56,565 nucleotides of DNA from an uncultured virus (IMG/VR IMGVR_UViG_3300035502_001146) (IMGVR_UViG_3300035502_001146), one strand, 5' to 3'; positions 40,958-51,155 are shown, numbered from the stretch's first letter. A program made the numbers and translations. The notes: generated by a model from the sequence alone, not told the origin.

Positions 40958-41757
40958 AAGATAAAATTATTAAATGTTATGTAACAGACGAGAGTGTTTT
41001 TAACAGATACAGTTTATATGATTTATATGAAACTGATAGATTTGAGGGTATTGTAATAAATAAGAGATGGTTTAATGGAAGTGGGGAACTTTCTATTTTA
41101 AGGGAAATAAATAAGGGTAGGTTAATCGAATTTGAAGGTATTGATGCAAGCGGTAAAACTACTTATATTGAATTATTAAAAGAATACTTAGAAAAAGAAA
41201 AGGGAATGAAAGTAAAGGTTTATTCTTTTCCACAGTATGATACATATATAGGTGGTTTAATCGCAAAATATTTAAGGGGCGAATATGGCGATATAAATAG
41301 TATTCCAAAGGAAATATTAAATGTTTTATTTGCAAGTGACAGAATAAGTATTCAAAAGGAATTGAAGAAGTATATTGACGAGGGATATTGGGTAATTTTA
41401 AATAGATATACATATAGTAATCTTTTTCAAATTGCAAGAGATAATGAAGGTAGTGTTGAAGATATTGAACATTTAGAATTTGAAATGTTAAATATAAAAA
41501 AACCTGATGATGTTGTTTATTTAACTTTACCTATTGAAAATGTTATCGAAAGGATAAACAAGAGAGCTAAGAGAGAATATCAAGATGATAAAGAAGATAT
41601 TTTTGAGCAGAATAGAAAGTTACTTGAAGATACGGATAATATATATAGAAAAACGGCAGAGGAAAAAGAATGGTTTATTATTGATGAATTTGAAGAAGAT
41701 GGAGAATTACCAATTGGTATAGTCTTTGATAAAATCAAAACAGCTTTAAAAATATAA
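40954..41757 (+). CDS. tmk: thymidylate kinase with ~55-aa N-terminal extension
   Basis: IEFEGIDASGKTT P-loop, FP.Y....G..I, LFASDR, ILNRY..S, PD.V.YL. Confidence 0.9.
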   Translation: MKDKIIKCYVTDESVFNRYSLYDLYETDRFEGIVINKRWFNGSGELSILREINKGRLIEFEGIDASGKTTYIELLKEYLEKEKGMKVKVYSFPQYDTYIGGLIAKYLRGEYGDINSIPKEILNVLFASDRISIQKELKKYIDEGYWVILNRYTYSNLFQIARDNEGSVEDIEHLEFEMLNIKKPDDVVYLTLPIENVIERINKRAKREYQDDKEDIFEQNRKLLEDTDNIYRKTAEEKEWFIIDEFEEDGELPIGIVFDKIKTALKI

Positions 41758-41803
41758 ATCTTTAAATTTTTTATTTTTCTAATAAAAAAGTAGGTGCTTA
41801 TAA

Positions 41804-42163
41804 ATGAAGCGTTTGGCAGGTTATATAATAAATGACGTTACCTTTAATAAAGAGTTAGCCAAATATCTTTGGAAAGAGTTAAGACAAAACGGTATTCAAA
41901 CAAAGAAAAATGGTTTAGTTATATATGTTATCTTAAATGATGATGATTATTTACATATTGATTGCTTAGAGGGTAAGGTTTATTTAATCGAAGATGATAG
42001 CGAAAAGTATTTTTGTAATTTAGGTCAATTTAAAAATAAGAAACATTTAGGTGAAGCTTATAATTGTGCAATGTTTAATGTAGATAAATTGATTAAGAAA
42101 ATCGAAGCATTAAGAGAAACAAAAGAAAAAGAACAACAGTTTATAAGAGAAAGTGAAGTATAA
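41804..42163 (+). CDS. hypothetical protein (paralog of 45492 N-terminus)
   Basis: NK.LAKY...E, DCL.GKV, KH......CA..NV shared. Confidence 0.75.
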   Translation: MKRLAGYIINDVTFNKELAKYLWKELRQNGIQTKKNGLVIYVILNDDDYLHIDCLEGKVYLIEDDSEKYFCNLGQFKNKKHLGEAYNCAMFNVDKLIKKIEALRETKEKEQQFIRESEV

Positions 42164-42214
42164 TAAAAAGAGTAGGCTTTTATACCTACTCTTTATTTTT
42201 TTAGAACAAGTTTT

Positions 42215-42400
42215 TTAGAATAAGCTAATACTTATACAATTTTTCTGTTCTTCTTCTGTTAATGGATTGTAAAGATATAATGGTTTCTTTACTTTCTTTG
42301 CTTCTTCTGGAGTGCTTACAGGTGTATATCCCATAAGTAAATCTAATTTGTAAAGTAACTTTCCTAACTTACCGCCTACTGCAAAATCAATGTTCTTCAT
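42215..42400 (-). CDS. small hypothetical protein
   Basis: AAGGAGG RBS, divergent promoter ~42464-42493. Confidence 0.7.
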   Translation of the reverse strand: MKNIDFAVGGKLGKLLYKLDLLMGYTPVSTPEEAKKVKKPLYLYNPLTEEEQKNCISISLF

Positions 42401-42586
42401 AACTAAATCCCTCCTTAATTTTTTAATAGTTTTTTATGTTTGTTGTTTTGTTTTTTGTAATTATATTATATCATAAATTCTGTTATTTGTCAAGTATTTT
42501 TTAAAAAAATATTTATTCTTTTCAACTATTGACAAACTTTAAAAAATGTGGTATAATGTACTTACATTATAAAAAGGGGGTTAGAT

Positions 42587-43207
42587 ATGGAATATTTGGA
42601 TTTTGATTGTTTCGCAGCGTGGGATATGGGAAAGTTTCTCACTGAGGAAGAAAAAACAAATATTGTAAAAGAATATAATCTTATATCCGATTTTGGCATT
42701 GGAGTAGATAATGAAAAAAGTATTGATAGTGTTAAAGAAATATTCTTTGATTTAATGCTTAAAGGAATAAACTTTGAATATTTTGATAAGGAGAAAGATA
42801 TATTCATAGATACATTGTCAGATGATAAAGAAAACTTAACAGATTGTAAAGGATATGTTAGATATACAGGACAAGGTGAGGATAACTTCGAAGAAGATGA
42901 AGATTATGGGTTAAATTTTTTAAGGTTATTAAGAGGTCAAGATTGTGTTGACAGAGTAGGAAAGATTAAAACTCAGATAGTTAATAATAAAGATTTAAAA
43001 TTAATTCCTTTCTTTAGTTATTCTATATCTTCTAAAGATATGAAAAGATTTGAAAAAGATTATGCAGAAAAAATAGAAAGTGCTAATAACTTTAGACGTG
43101 ATAAATTTGAGATTTACTCAAATGGTAAATTATCTATACATACTAAGAAGAAATTATTAAGAGAACTTGAAACTAAATATCGTATAAACAATAAGGAGGA
43201 GATATAA
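42587..43207 (+). CDS. hypothetical protein (paralog of 43209)
   Basis: FFDLMLKG, DCKG.V.Y, ISSKDM.RFEKDYA shared. Confidence 0.85.
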   Translation: MEYLDFDCFAAWDMGKFLTEEEKTNIVKEYNLISDFGIGVDNEKSIDSVKEIFFDLMLKGINFEYFDKEKDIFIDTLSDDKENLTDCKGYVRYTGQGEDNFEEDEDYGLNFLRLLRGQDCVDRVGKIKTQIVNNKDLKLIPFFSYSISSKDMKRFEKDYAEKIESANNFRRDKFEIYSNGKLSIHTKKKLLRELETKYRINNKEEI

Positions 43208-43208
43208 T

Positions 43209-43832
43209 ATGAAATATATGACTTTTGATTATTTTGATAAAACTAATTTATATGAAAATTTCTCTAAAGAAGAAATTAAAACTGTTATTAAAAAATATAA
43301 CCTTGCAGAAGGATTTTATCTTTTTGTAAAGAATGAAAACACACTACAAAAGATACAAAAATTCTTTTTCGATTTAATGTTAAAAGGTGTTAAGTTTAAT
43401 TATGTTTCATTTGAAACTCTATTTAAAACCCCTAATTATGAGATAGATTCGAGTAAAGATTGTAAGGGTATGGTTTATTATACTAATGATGATACAAAAG
43501 AAGTTGATATAATGGAACAAACAAAGATGTTAGATTTGTTAGCACAATATGATTGTATTGATAGATATGGTGAATTTATATCAATGATTAATAATGATGA
43601 AGATATAGAAGCTTCTTATCCTTTTGAAGATTTTTATATAAGTTCAAAGGATATGATTAGGTTTGAGAAAGATTATGCTAAACCTATTCAAAAGACAAAA
43701 GAATTTAACATTGAAAGAAGTAAAATAATGAGAAATAGAACTTTAACAAATGAAGAAAAGAGAGATATTCTTATGAAATTAAGAAAAAAAATGTTTCCTG
43801 ATTATTTTGCAAAACGTAAGGTTGCGTATTGA
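43209..43832 (+). CDS. hypothetical protein (paralog of 42587)
   Basis: as above; AAGGAGG RBS. Confidence 0.85.
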   Translation: MKYMTFDYFDKTNLYENFSKEEIKTVIKKYNLAEGFYLFVKNENTLQKIQKFFFDLMLKGVKFNYVSFETLFKTPNYEIDSSKDCKGMVYYTNDDTKEVDIMEQTKMLDLLAQYDCIDRYGEFISMINNDEDIEASYPFEDFYISSKDMIRFEKDYAKPIQKTKEFNIERSKIMRNRTLTNEEKRDILMKLRKKMFPDYFAKRKVAY

Positions 43833-43885
43833 CAACAAGTAATGTGTGTGATATAATGTTAAAAAACAATAAAGGAGAAAACTAA

Positions 43886-44128
43886 ATGTATAGAGCTGAG
43901 ATGAAAAAGATTTGTCAAAAGTTAGGCAGCGATTATGTACTTAATAATTATAATGGAGTTATTTCTTATACCATTGACAGTAATTATACTGTAAGAATAA
44001 ATAAGAATAATCCTAATGCAAAAAGATTTACTATTTCTTTATGTAACGGGGAGAATATAGAAAGACAGATACACAATATTCCTTTTGTTAGAATTAAGGA
44101 TTGGGTAGAAGAATATAAATATATTTAA
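43886..44128 (+). CDS. hypothetical protein
   Basis: promoter 43829-43857, AAGGAG RBS. Confidence 0.75.
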   Translation: MYRAEMKKICQKLGSDYVLNNYNGVISYTIDSNYTVRINKNNPNAKRFTISLCNGENIERQIHNIPFVRIKDWVEEYKYI

Positions 44129-44270
44129 AAACTAAAGGGGCTATTATGCTCCTTTTTTATTTAGAAAAACCTTTTTTTAAAAAATTCTTCTTAAAAAAAT
44201 ATCTCTTTAAAAATACTTGACAAATAATAGAAAATGTGATATAATAAAAACAAATAAAGGAGGAGTGGTT

Positions 44271-44729
44271 ATGAAAACTAATGAGGTAAAAATTGTAAAA
44301 AGAAATAGGTATGAAAACCTTGAGTTTTTAAGTGCTTTGCAAAATAGTTCGCAGTACATAGGATATGCTATTGATAGTATCACCTATCAAGACGAGAGCT
44401 TAAATAAAGATTATATCAATAAATTGAAATCATATAAATCTTCCATTGATGATATATATGAGGATATTTTAAATGAAAATGATTTTGTTTACAAGATTTA
44501 TGTTGAACCTTACTTCTATTATGAAATAGAATATTTTTATACAAGAAGCAATAACGGTAAAATAAAAATATCAACTGATATTAAATATAATGGTACTGCT
44601 GTGGATAAAGAAATCTTTATTCAGAAACTTGTAGAACAAAATTATGTAACAGAAGATTTTGCTGACCATATTGTAGAAATTAACAGAATATCAAAAACAG
44701 AATACTTTGTAGATGAGGACGGTGAATAA
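44271..44729 (+). CDS. hypothetical protein (paralog family with 44732, 44916)
   Basis: track start TTG is the -35 box; ATG 44271 follows AAGGAGG; ITY..DESLN, EYF..R.N.G.I.I shared. Confidence 0.8.
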   Translation: MKTNEVKIVKRNRYENLEFLSALQNSSQYIGYAIDSITYQDESLNKDYINKLKSYKSSIDDIYEDILNENDFVYKIYVEPYFYYEIEYFYTRSNNGKIKISTDIKYNGTAVDKEIFIQKLVEQNYVTEDFADHIVEINRISKTEYFVDEDGE

Positions 44730-44731
44730 AT

Positions 44732-44953
44732 ATGAAAATTACTGAATTAAATCCAAAAGAGAATGAGCTTTTCTTGGATTTATTAACAAATATTATTGAT
44801 GATATAGACCAAACTATAAGTCGCATTTCTTATCCTTGCTCAGAAGAATTAAATAATACATTTATTCAGGAGTTAAAAGAATGTAAAATAAAGATAAAGA
44901 ATATGATATGTATAGTTGATAACAAGGAATCTTTATTATATAAACCTAATTAA
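44732..44953 (+). CDS. short paralog of 44271
   Basis: EN..FL..L.N....I...I..I.Y...E.LN pattern. Confidence 0.65.
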   Translation: MKITELNPKENELFLDLLTNIIDDIDQTISRISYPCSEELNNTFIQELKECKIKIKNMICIVDNKESLLYKPN

Positions 44954-45398
44954 GGGGCGTGATATTTTGGAACAGAATGGAATTTTTGATATTCAAATAA
45001 GAACTGAACAGGAAAATGAAAAATTTAAACGTCATATTAAAAATGCTATCTTTGATTTAGACCTTGCAATACAAGATATTACTTATAATTCTGATGAGAG
45101 TTTAAATATGAGCTGTCGTAAGGTTTTAAATGATTGTTTGGATAAGGTTCAAAAATTGGAAGAATACCTCAACAATGGATGTTTGGAAATATCTAAACCT
45201 GTTTTTGTACCCATTAATGGATATACTCTTGAATATTTCTTTGATAGGACAAACAGAGGTAATATATTTATAGAAACTCCTTTAGTATATAATGATGATG
45301 AAGAAGAATTTCTTGAAAAATTGGTTGAGGAAAAAACAATTACTGAACACCTTGCAAAACATATTATTCGTATAACAAAACGTAGTAGATGGAGCTAA
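44916..45398 (+). CDS. paralog of 44271 (start uncertain)
   Basis: ITYNSDESLN, EYFFDRTNRGNI, KLVE...TE..A.HI..I. Confidence 0.75.
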   Translation: MITRNLYYINLIKGRDILEQNGIFDIQIRTEQENEKFKRHIKNAIFDLDLAIQDITYNSDESLNMSCRKVLNDCLDKVQKLEEYLNNGCLEISKPVFVPINGYTLEYFFDRTNRGNIFIETPLVYNDDEEEFLEKLVEEKTITEHLAKHIIRITKRSRWS

Positions 45399-45491
45399 TT
45401 ATAATAAAGGGAAGAAATAAATCTTCCCTTTTGTTTGTATAAAATCTTTTTATTTTTTTATATTAAAAATAAAAAAAAGGAATGAAGTATA

Positions 45492-46295
45492 ATGATTTTT
45501 AAACAGGAAACTAATAAGAAATTAGCTAAATATATATATGATGAATTTAAAAAGAAGAAAGTTGAAGTAAAAAGAAATAATGTAATGGTTTATGCCAAAT
45601 TAAATAATAAAACTATTACTGTTGATTGTCTTGCAGGTAAAGTGTTTGTTGCTGAAAATGAAAAAGAAAAATCTCTTTGTAGTTTAACTAAGTTATCTAA
45701 CGAAAAACATTCAAGAGAATTACATAAATGTGCTGCTAATAATGTGGAAAATATTTTAAAAAAAATAAATAGTAAAATAAAAAGAGTAGATTTAAGAACA
45801 AAGAAAAGTGTTGTTGATTTGCGTACTAAGGGCTTTAATAAAGTAATTGTTTATATAAATAAAAAGATATATGAAAATAAATCAATCTTTTTGGCTATTA
45901 AAAATTTCTTCTTTGAAGAATATGAAACTACTGATGAAGATTTTATTGAAACTTATAAAGAAGAATATATTGAAAACTTTGGTAGTGCTTATAAGGATGA
46001 TATGGAAAAAGAAATTCTCATAGATAAACAAACATTGAAAAATTTATCATATAGTGAGTTTTATGATATTTTACATAACAAGTACCCTGATTTTTATATA
46101 CAGAATTACTTTACAGGTAATTCATCAAAAAATAATAGAATAATTAAAAGATTGGCAGAAAAGAACTATAATAAAAGTGCTTATGATTGGGTTAAGGATA
46201 GAGCTGAATTATTAATCGATAAAGAAGATATGAGTTCGGATATGGCTTATGGTATTGCTTGGATTCAATATAAAAACAAATTTTGTGATGACTAA
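45492..46295 (+). CDS. hypothetical multi-domain protein
   Basis: 267 aa; internal IIKRLA motif. Confidence 0.8.
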   Translation: MIFKQETNKKLAKYIYDEFKKKKVEVKRNNVMVYAKLNNKTITVDCLAGKVFVAENEKEKSLCSLTKLSNEKHSRELHKCAANNVENILKKINSKIKRVDLRTKKSVVDLRTKGFNKVIVYINKKIYENKSIFLAIKNFFFEEYETTDEDFIETYKEEYIENFGSAYKDDMEKEILIDKQTLKNLSYSEFYDILHNKYPDFYIQNYFTGNSSKNNRIIKRLAEKNYNKSAYDWVKDRAELLIDKEDMSSDMAYGIAWIQYKNKFCDD

Positions 46296-46335
46296 AATTT
46301 TAAAAATCTATTTTTATACGTTTGGAGGTCTTTTT

Positions 46336-46833
46336 ATGGCAGAGAGTAACAAATATATCTATGAATATTTATCTCCTATTATTGTTGAGGAATCATTTGT
46401 AATTGACGAACAAAACTATTATGTGAATAAAATATCAAATGATTTATTCAATAAGATAAAGTTTATTATGAACAGTTTTATGGAGAAATTAGGCATAAAA
46501 GGACTTGCTTTATATCTTGATGATTTTTTAAAAGATAAAATAGAAAGAATAGTAATGATACCTGAGTTAAGAAATAATAAATTATATTGTAAAACTATTG
46601 TTGTTGCTAATGAGGAATTGGGCAATATATCTACGGGAATATTATTGGATTTTTTGGAAGATGAGTTTATGAGTGGAATAGGTAGTAGAATTTCTAATGT
46701 AGATATATTGTGTGAGATAGAAGATATTAATTATTATGATAAAATTTATAAATATTTACAAATAAATAATATTAAATATTCGGTTAGGTTGAATTTTTAT
46801 AATTATAATTATTTCTTTTTAGAAAAAATTTAA
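46336..46833 (+). CDS. hypothetical protein
   Basis: GGAGG RBS before ATG 46336. Confidence 0.75.
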   Translation: MAESNKYIYEYLSPIIVEESFVIDEQNYYVNKISNDLFNKIKFIMNSFMEKLGIKGLALYLDDFLKDKIERIVMIPELRNNKLYCKTIVVANEELGNISTGILLDFLEDEFMSGIGSRISNVDILCEIEDINYYDKIYKYLQINNIKYSVRLNFYNYNYFFLEKI

Positions 46834-46852
46834 AATAATGAGGTGGAAATGT

Positions 46853-47206
46853 ATGAAAAGATTAGTTAAAGCAGAAATAGAATTAACATTAAACGCTCCT
46901 AATTCTGAATTAGCAGTTGAGCTTGAAAATAAGGAAACAGGTGAATTATTATTTTTGGATATGGAAGCGTGTGAGAGTAAAAATGAGCTTCGTAATATAT
47001 CTAAAGAAAATACTATTGTTAGTGTAAAAAATGATTTTGGCATACCTGATGAAATGTTTAAGGGTTTATCTTTAGTTGAATTATATGATGTTCTTTATGT
47101 GTTAGAAGTACGTTGTAATGAAGATGATATTGAAGAAATTATTGAAATTGGTAATGATGAAAAATGTAATATTAAAGAAGCTATAGAATACATTTTACCA
47201 TTATAA
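46853..47206 (+). CDS. acidic protein, putative truncated ArdA-like paralog with basic leader
   Basis: GAGGTGG RBS; MKRLVKA then V.LEN.ETGE...LDM similar to neighbours. Confidence 0.6.
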   Translation: MKRLVKAEIELTLNAPNSELAVELENKETGELLFLDMEACESKNELRNISKENTIVSVKNDFGIPDEMFKGLSLVELYDVLYVLEVRCNEDDIEEIIEIGNDEKCNIKEAIEYILPL

Positions 47207-47273
47207 TTAAAAAATTTATAACTATCTATTATTATTATTCAAGTAAAAATAATAATAAGAGAGGCAATTGAAA

Positions 47274-47669
47274 ATGAATAGACTTAAAAAGAGAATATGC
47301 AACGCTAAAATTCAAAGAACTGCTAATCTTATAAGCTCAAAAGCAGAAGTGACTATAACAAACACGCATACAGATAAAACAGGTAAAATAGAATTACCTA
47401 CAAAAACTCTTGAATCTGATATTGAAAATGCAGTAGGTGATAATTGGTTTTGGTCAGATATCGAAATTGAAGATGTTGATTCGGATTTCTTATCTGGTGA
47501 AATAAAAGACTATGATATAGAAGAATTAAATAAATTGCTTCTTGAAGTAGACAGTCTTAATGAAGAAGAACTGAAAGCTTTAACATATATTTTAGACCAT
47601 AGTACTGAATATTATATGCCACTTGATGAAGCAATTAAAAAAGCTTATGATAAAGTTTCGAATAATTGA
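47274..47669 (+). CDS. ArdA-like protein (N-terminal domains) with basic leader
   Basis: IELPT...E, D.DSD.....Y.IEELN.L...L.EEE...L; very acidic. Confidence 0.65.
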   Translation: MNRLKKRICNAKIQRTANLISSKAEVTITNTHTDKTGKIELPTKTLESDIENAVGDNWFWSDIEIEDVDSDFLSGEIKDYDIEELNKLLLEVDSLNEEELKALTYILDHSTEYYMPLDEAIKKAYDKVSNN

Positions 47670-47737
47670 TTATATGTAAAATATAAAATAACTCCTTATT
47701 GTTATTTAGTTAATAAAAACAATAAGGAGTTTTTGTC

Positions 47738-48442
47738 ATGAATAAAATTTTAAAAAGAATGAAGAAACTTGCAGGTGACTTTATTTTTGATGTTATTGTT
47801 AGGAGATTGGACAATGGTAAGGAAGTAGAATTAAAATTGCCTACAAACAATCTTGAAGCAGAGCTTAAAAAAGGTCTTGGTGAAGATTATTCTCAACAAG
47901 ATTATGAAATCGTTAATTTTGAAAGCGATTTTTATTGTGAAGATGCACTTTCTCTTAAAGATTTAAATGCTACCGCTGAAATAATTTCTCATTTTAGTGA
48001 TAATCAAAAGAAAATGTATCAAGCTCTTACTAAAAAACATTATCTTGATTCAGAAGATGCTTTATATGTTATTATGACAGGTGATTGTTATATTCTTGGA
48101 GATACAGAAATAAGAGCGGCTGTGACATACTGTGAAATCTTGTTTGATGGTGATGTTACTCAAATGCCAAAGGATGTATTAGAAGATTGCTTTAATTACG
48201 AAGATTATAGTGCTTCTTATTTAAATGGTGATGAGTTTAGAGAAGAACGTAGAGAAAATGGTATGCCCGAAGAAGAAATAGGCAGAGAATATGTAGAAAA
48301 AATGTATTCAGGTGATTTATATAGGATGCCTGTAAAAGAAGTAAATGAATATTTTAATTACGAAAGGTATTTTGATAAACATTTATCATTTAACAGTAAC
48401 CTTATTTTTTATAAGGGTGAATATTATATATATTTTGATTAA
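47738..48442 (+). CDS. ArdA-like antirestriction protein with basic leader
   Basis: close N-terminal match to 49137 (FDV.VRRLDN.KE.EL.LPT.NLE.EL.KGLGEDY); two F.YE.Y motifs. Confidence 0.75.
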   Translation: MNKILKRMKKLAGDFIFDVIVRRLDNGKEVELKLPTNNLEAELKKGLGEDYSQQDYEIVNFESDFYCEDALSLKDLNATAEIISHFSDNQKKMYQALTKKHYLDSEDALYVIMTGDCYILGDTEIRAAVTYCEILFDGDVTQMPKDVLEDCFNYEDYSASYLNGDEFREERRENGMPEEEIGREYVEKMYSGDLYRMPVKEVNEYFNYERYFDKHLSFNSNLIFYKGEYYIYFD

Positions 48443-48486
48443 GGCTCTGTTATAATAAAGAGTCGATTGATAAGGAGATTTTTATT

Positions 48487-49071
48487 ATGAATAGAATTGA
48501 AAAAAGAATATGTAAAGCCAATTTCTATAGAATTGCTTCAGAAAATGCAATTTTTACGGTAAAATTAGTAAATGAAGATACTGATGAAACTGTATCACTT
48601 GATTTACCTATGGAAGATATTTCTGATTATGATGATAATGACATATGGGAAATCGATGAAGTAGTTTTTAACAAATATAACGATGATATTTATTTCGAAT
48701 TGAAAAAAGAAGGAACTACCGACTTGTTTGATATAAATGAACTTGCATCTGGGATTTCTTATTGTACAAAACGTGACTATGAGGCTTTTGAGTTTTTTGA
48801 AGACGAAGGATATAGTATATCAAAAGCACTTGACACCGCTTTAGATTGCGAATGGTTGCCTAATTGTAAAAACTATGAAGATTTAGGTCATTATCTTATG
48901 GAAGAATGTAAAGATGATATTGATTTTAACGAAGAAGATTATATTGATTCAAATGGTAGTTTTGATTATGCAGAATTTGCAAAAGATAATAATATAGTTG
49001 ATGGTTATAGGTATGATGTTTTGCCAAGTGGTGTTATAGGATATAGTATTCCAACTTATTATTTCTTATAA
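48487..49071 (+). CDS. ArdA-like antirestriction protein with basic leader
   Basis: LDLPM, INELA, YEDLGHYL.EE, FDY.EFAKD; very acidic. Confidence 0.7.
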   Translation: MNRIEKRICKANFYRIASENAIFTVKLVNEDTDETVSLDLPMEDISDYDDNDIWEIDEVVFNKYNDDIYFELKKEGTTDLFDINELASGISYCTKRDYEAFEFFEDEGYSISKALDTALDCEWLPNCKNYEDLGHYLMEECKDDIDFNEEDYIDSNGSFDYAEFAKDNNIVDGYRYDVLPSGVIGYSIPTYYFL

Positions 49072-49136
49072 AAAAAGGTATTCAAATAAAGGATAGTTTT
49101 GTTATAATATATCAATTTTTTAAGGAGTGTTTTATT

Positions 49137-49694
49137 ATGAATAAGATTAAAGAAAGAATGAATAAAAAGTCTACTATGAAGAAAATTGCTGCTGGTGCAT
49201 CTGTTTTTGATGTTTGGGTTAGAAGATTAGATAACGATAAGGAAATGGAGCTTAGTTTGCCAACAGATAATCTTGAAGATGAACTTGCTAAAGGTCTTGG
49301 TGAGGATTATTGGAATCAAGATGTTATTATTGTTGATGTTGATAGCGACATCCATAATGGTGTTGACCAATATAGTGTTGGAACATTGAATGACCTTGCA
49401 GAAGAAATAGCTACACTTGATGATAGTGAAATTGAAGTTGTTGCAGCTCTTGTAAATGATGGTGGTTATGATATTGAAGATGCAATTGAAAAAGCACCTG
49501 AGTGTTATGTTACTAATGCTAAAACTGATGAAGATTTAGGTTATTACTATGTTGAAGACGTATATGGTGGTCCAAGTGAATTAGGTAAAGACACTCTTGA
49601 GCGTTACTTTGATTATGAAAGTTTTGGTAGAGATATTAGATTAGAAGGTAACTTTATTGAAACTGATAATGGTTATATTGAAGTTCCATACTAA
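49137..49694 (+). CDS. ardA: ArdA antirestriction (DNA-mimic) protein with basic leader
   Basis: LNDLAE.I..L, EDLGYYYVE, LERYFDYESFGRDIRLEG.F.ET..GY.E matches the ArdA C-terminal signature. Confidence 0.85.
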   Translation: MNKIKERMNKKSTMKKIAAGASVFDVWVRRLDNDKEMELSLPTDNLEDELAKGLGEDYWNQDVIIVDVDSDIHNGVDQYSVGTLNDLAEEIATLDDSEIEVVAALVNDGGYDIEDAIEKAPECYVTNAKTDEDLGYYYVEDVYGGPSELGKDTLERYFDYESFGRDIRLEGNFIETDNGYIEVPY

Positions 49695-49703
49695 TATGAT
49701 GAT

Positions 49704-49961
49704 ATGAAGTTTTTTAAAAGGCTAAAAGAACCGCATCAAGAAAAATATCAAACTTTTATTGATGAATATAAGAATAGTGGTAATTTTAATAAAAAACAAA
49801 TTATTATGTTGGAAGTGGCTTTTGAAGAAGGATTATCGGCTGATAAAGTTAAAATAATAGCTAATCCTAAATTCAATAGTACAAAAATGCTTTCAATGAT
49901 TATTGATTTTGTTATTGATAATGCTTCGATTGAAGAAATTAAACAAATATATAATTTATAA
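49704..49961 (+). CDS. hypothetical protein
   Basis: 85 aa; FN..Q...L..AFEEGLS...V..IANPKFN..KM. Confidence 0.7.
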   Translation: MKFFKRLKEPHQEKYQTFIDEYKNSGNFNKKQIIMLEVAFEEGLSADKVKIIANPKFNSTKMLSMIIDFVIDNASIEEIKQIYNL

Positions 49962-50070
49962 GTTATAATAGTTATCAAGGAAAAAGTATAAAAGCTTTTT
50001 CCTTTTTTGTTTAATGACAATAATTTCTTTCTATATAAATATATAAAATTATAAGAAAGGAGCTGATGAA

Positions 50071-51155
50071 ATGCCAGTAATTATACCACAAAAAATTGAA
50101 GTTATACCTTGCAATAGAGCACCTCATTATAGAAGTAAAGGGTATGTGTTTACAAATCCAAGATTAAAAATTGAAGTAGAAGCAAGAGATTTAAGTAGTG
50201 GAAGTAATAAAAAAGTTTTATGTGAATGTGATTGTTGTAAAATTGAATTTAAAAAAGGTTTTAAGTTTATAGAAAATATTAATGAAACATATTGTGGAAA
50301 GTGTTCTACGATAATTACTTGTCAAAAAAAATATGGCAAAGATAGTCCAATGCAAGACGAACAAATTAAGAGAAAAATAAAAAAAACAAATCAGAAAAAA
50401 ATGAAGAAGACCCGTTAAGAGTAAAAAGAATTATAAAAAAAAGAGAAGAAACGAATATGAAGAAACATGGTGCAAAATATTATTTGCAATCAGAAAAAGG
50501 AAAAGAAAAACAAAGAAATACAATAAAAGAAAAGTATGGTAAAGATATTGAAAATATTTCTCAAATAGAAGAGGTAAAAAATAAAAAACGACAAACTTGT
50601 TTGAAACATTTTGGTGTAGAAAATCCTTCACAAGATGAGAGTGTAAAAAGAAAAAAAATAGAAACTTGTAAAAAACATTATGGTGTAGAGTATTTTTCAC
50701 AATTAGAAATTGAGAAACAAAAGAGTAGAGAAAAACTTATAGGTATGGTAGAAAATGGTAAATGGAACATATCCTCAAAGTCTCAAAGGTATTTATGCGA
50801 ATTGTTAAAAGGAGAACTTAATAAATCAATAGCAAAAGGTACAGTTGTTGATATCATAAAAGATAATTATGCAATTGAATATGATGGTTCAGGTCATTGG
50901 TATGCAGTGATAAGAAAAAAGAATAAGATTACTTTAGAAGAATTTAATAAAAAAGAAAAAGAAAGAGAAAAAAGGATTCTTAGTAAAGGATATAAACTTA
51001 TTAGAATAATTAATGCTAATGCAAAAAATGCAGATAAACTTCCATCTGATGAATTTATTTTAAATACTATGGAATCTATTAAAAACGAATTAAATATTCA
51101 AAATAAAAATATTGCTCGTTGGAATTTGGAAGACAATTCCATTATTTATGAATAA
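50071..51155 (+). pseudogene. frameshifted putative free-standing homing endonuclease (Zn-ribbon, K.YG repeats, PD-(D/E)XK/Vsr-like C-terminus)
   Basis: ORFs 50071-50418 and 50457-51155 join by a -1 shift near the A7 run at ~50395-50401; T..KKYG/KHFGVE/KHYGVE repeats in both; VDI....AIEYDG.GH. Confidence 0.65.
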
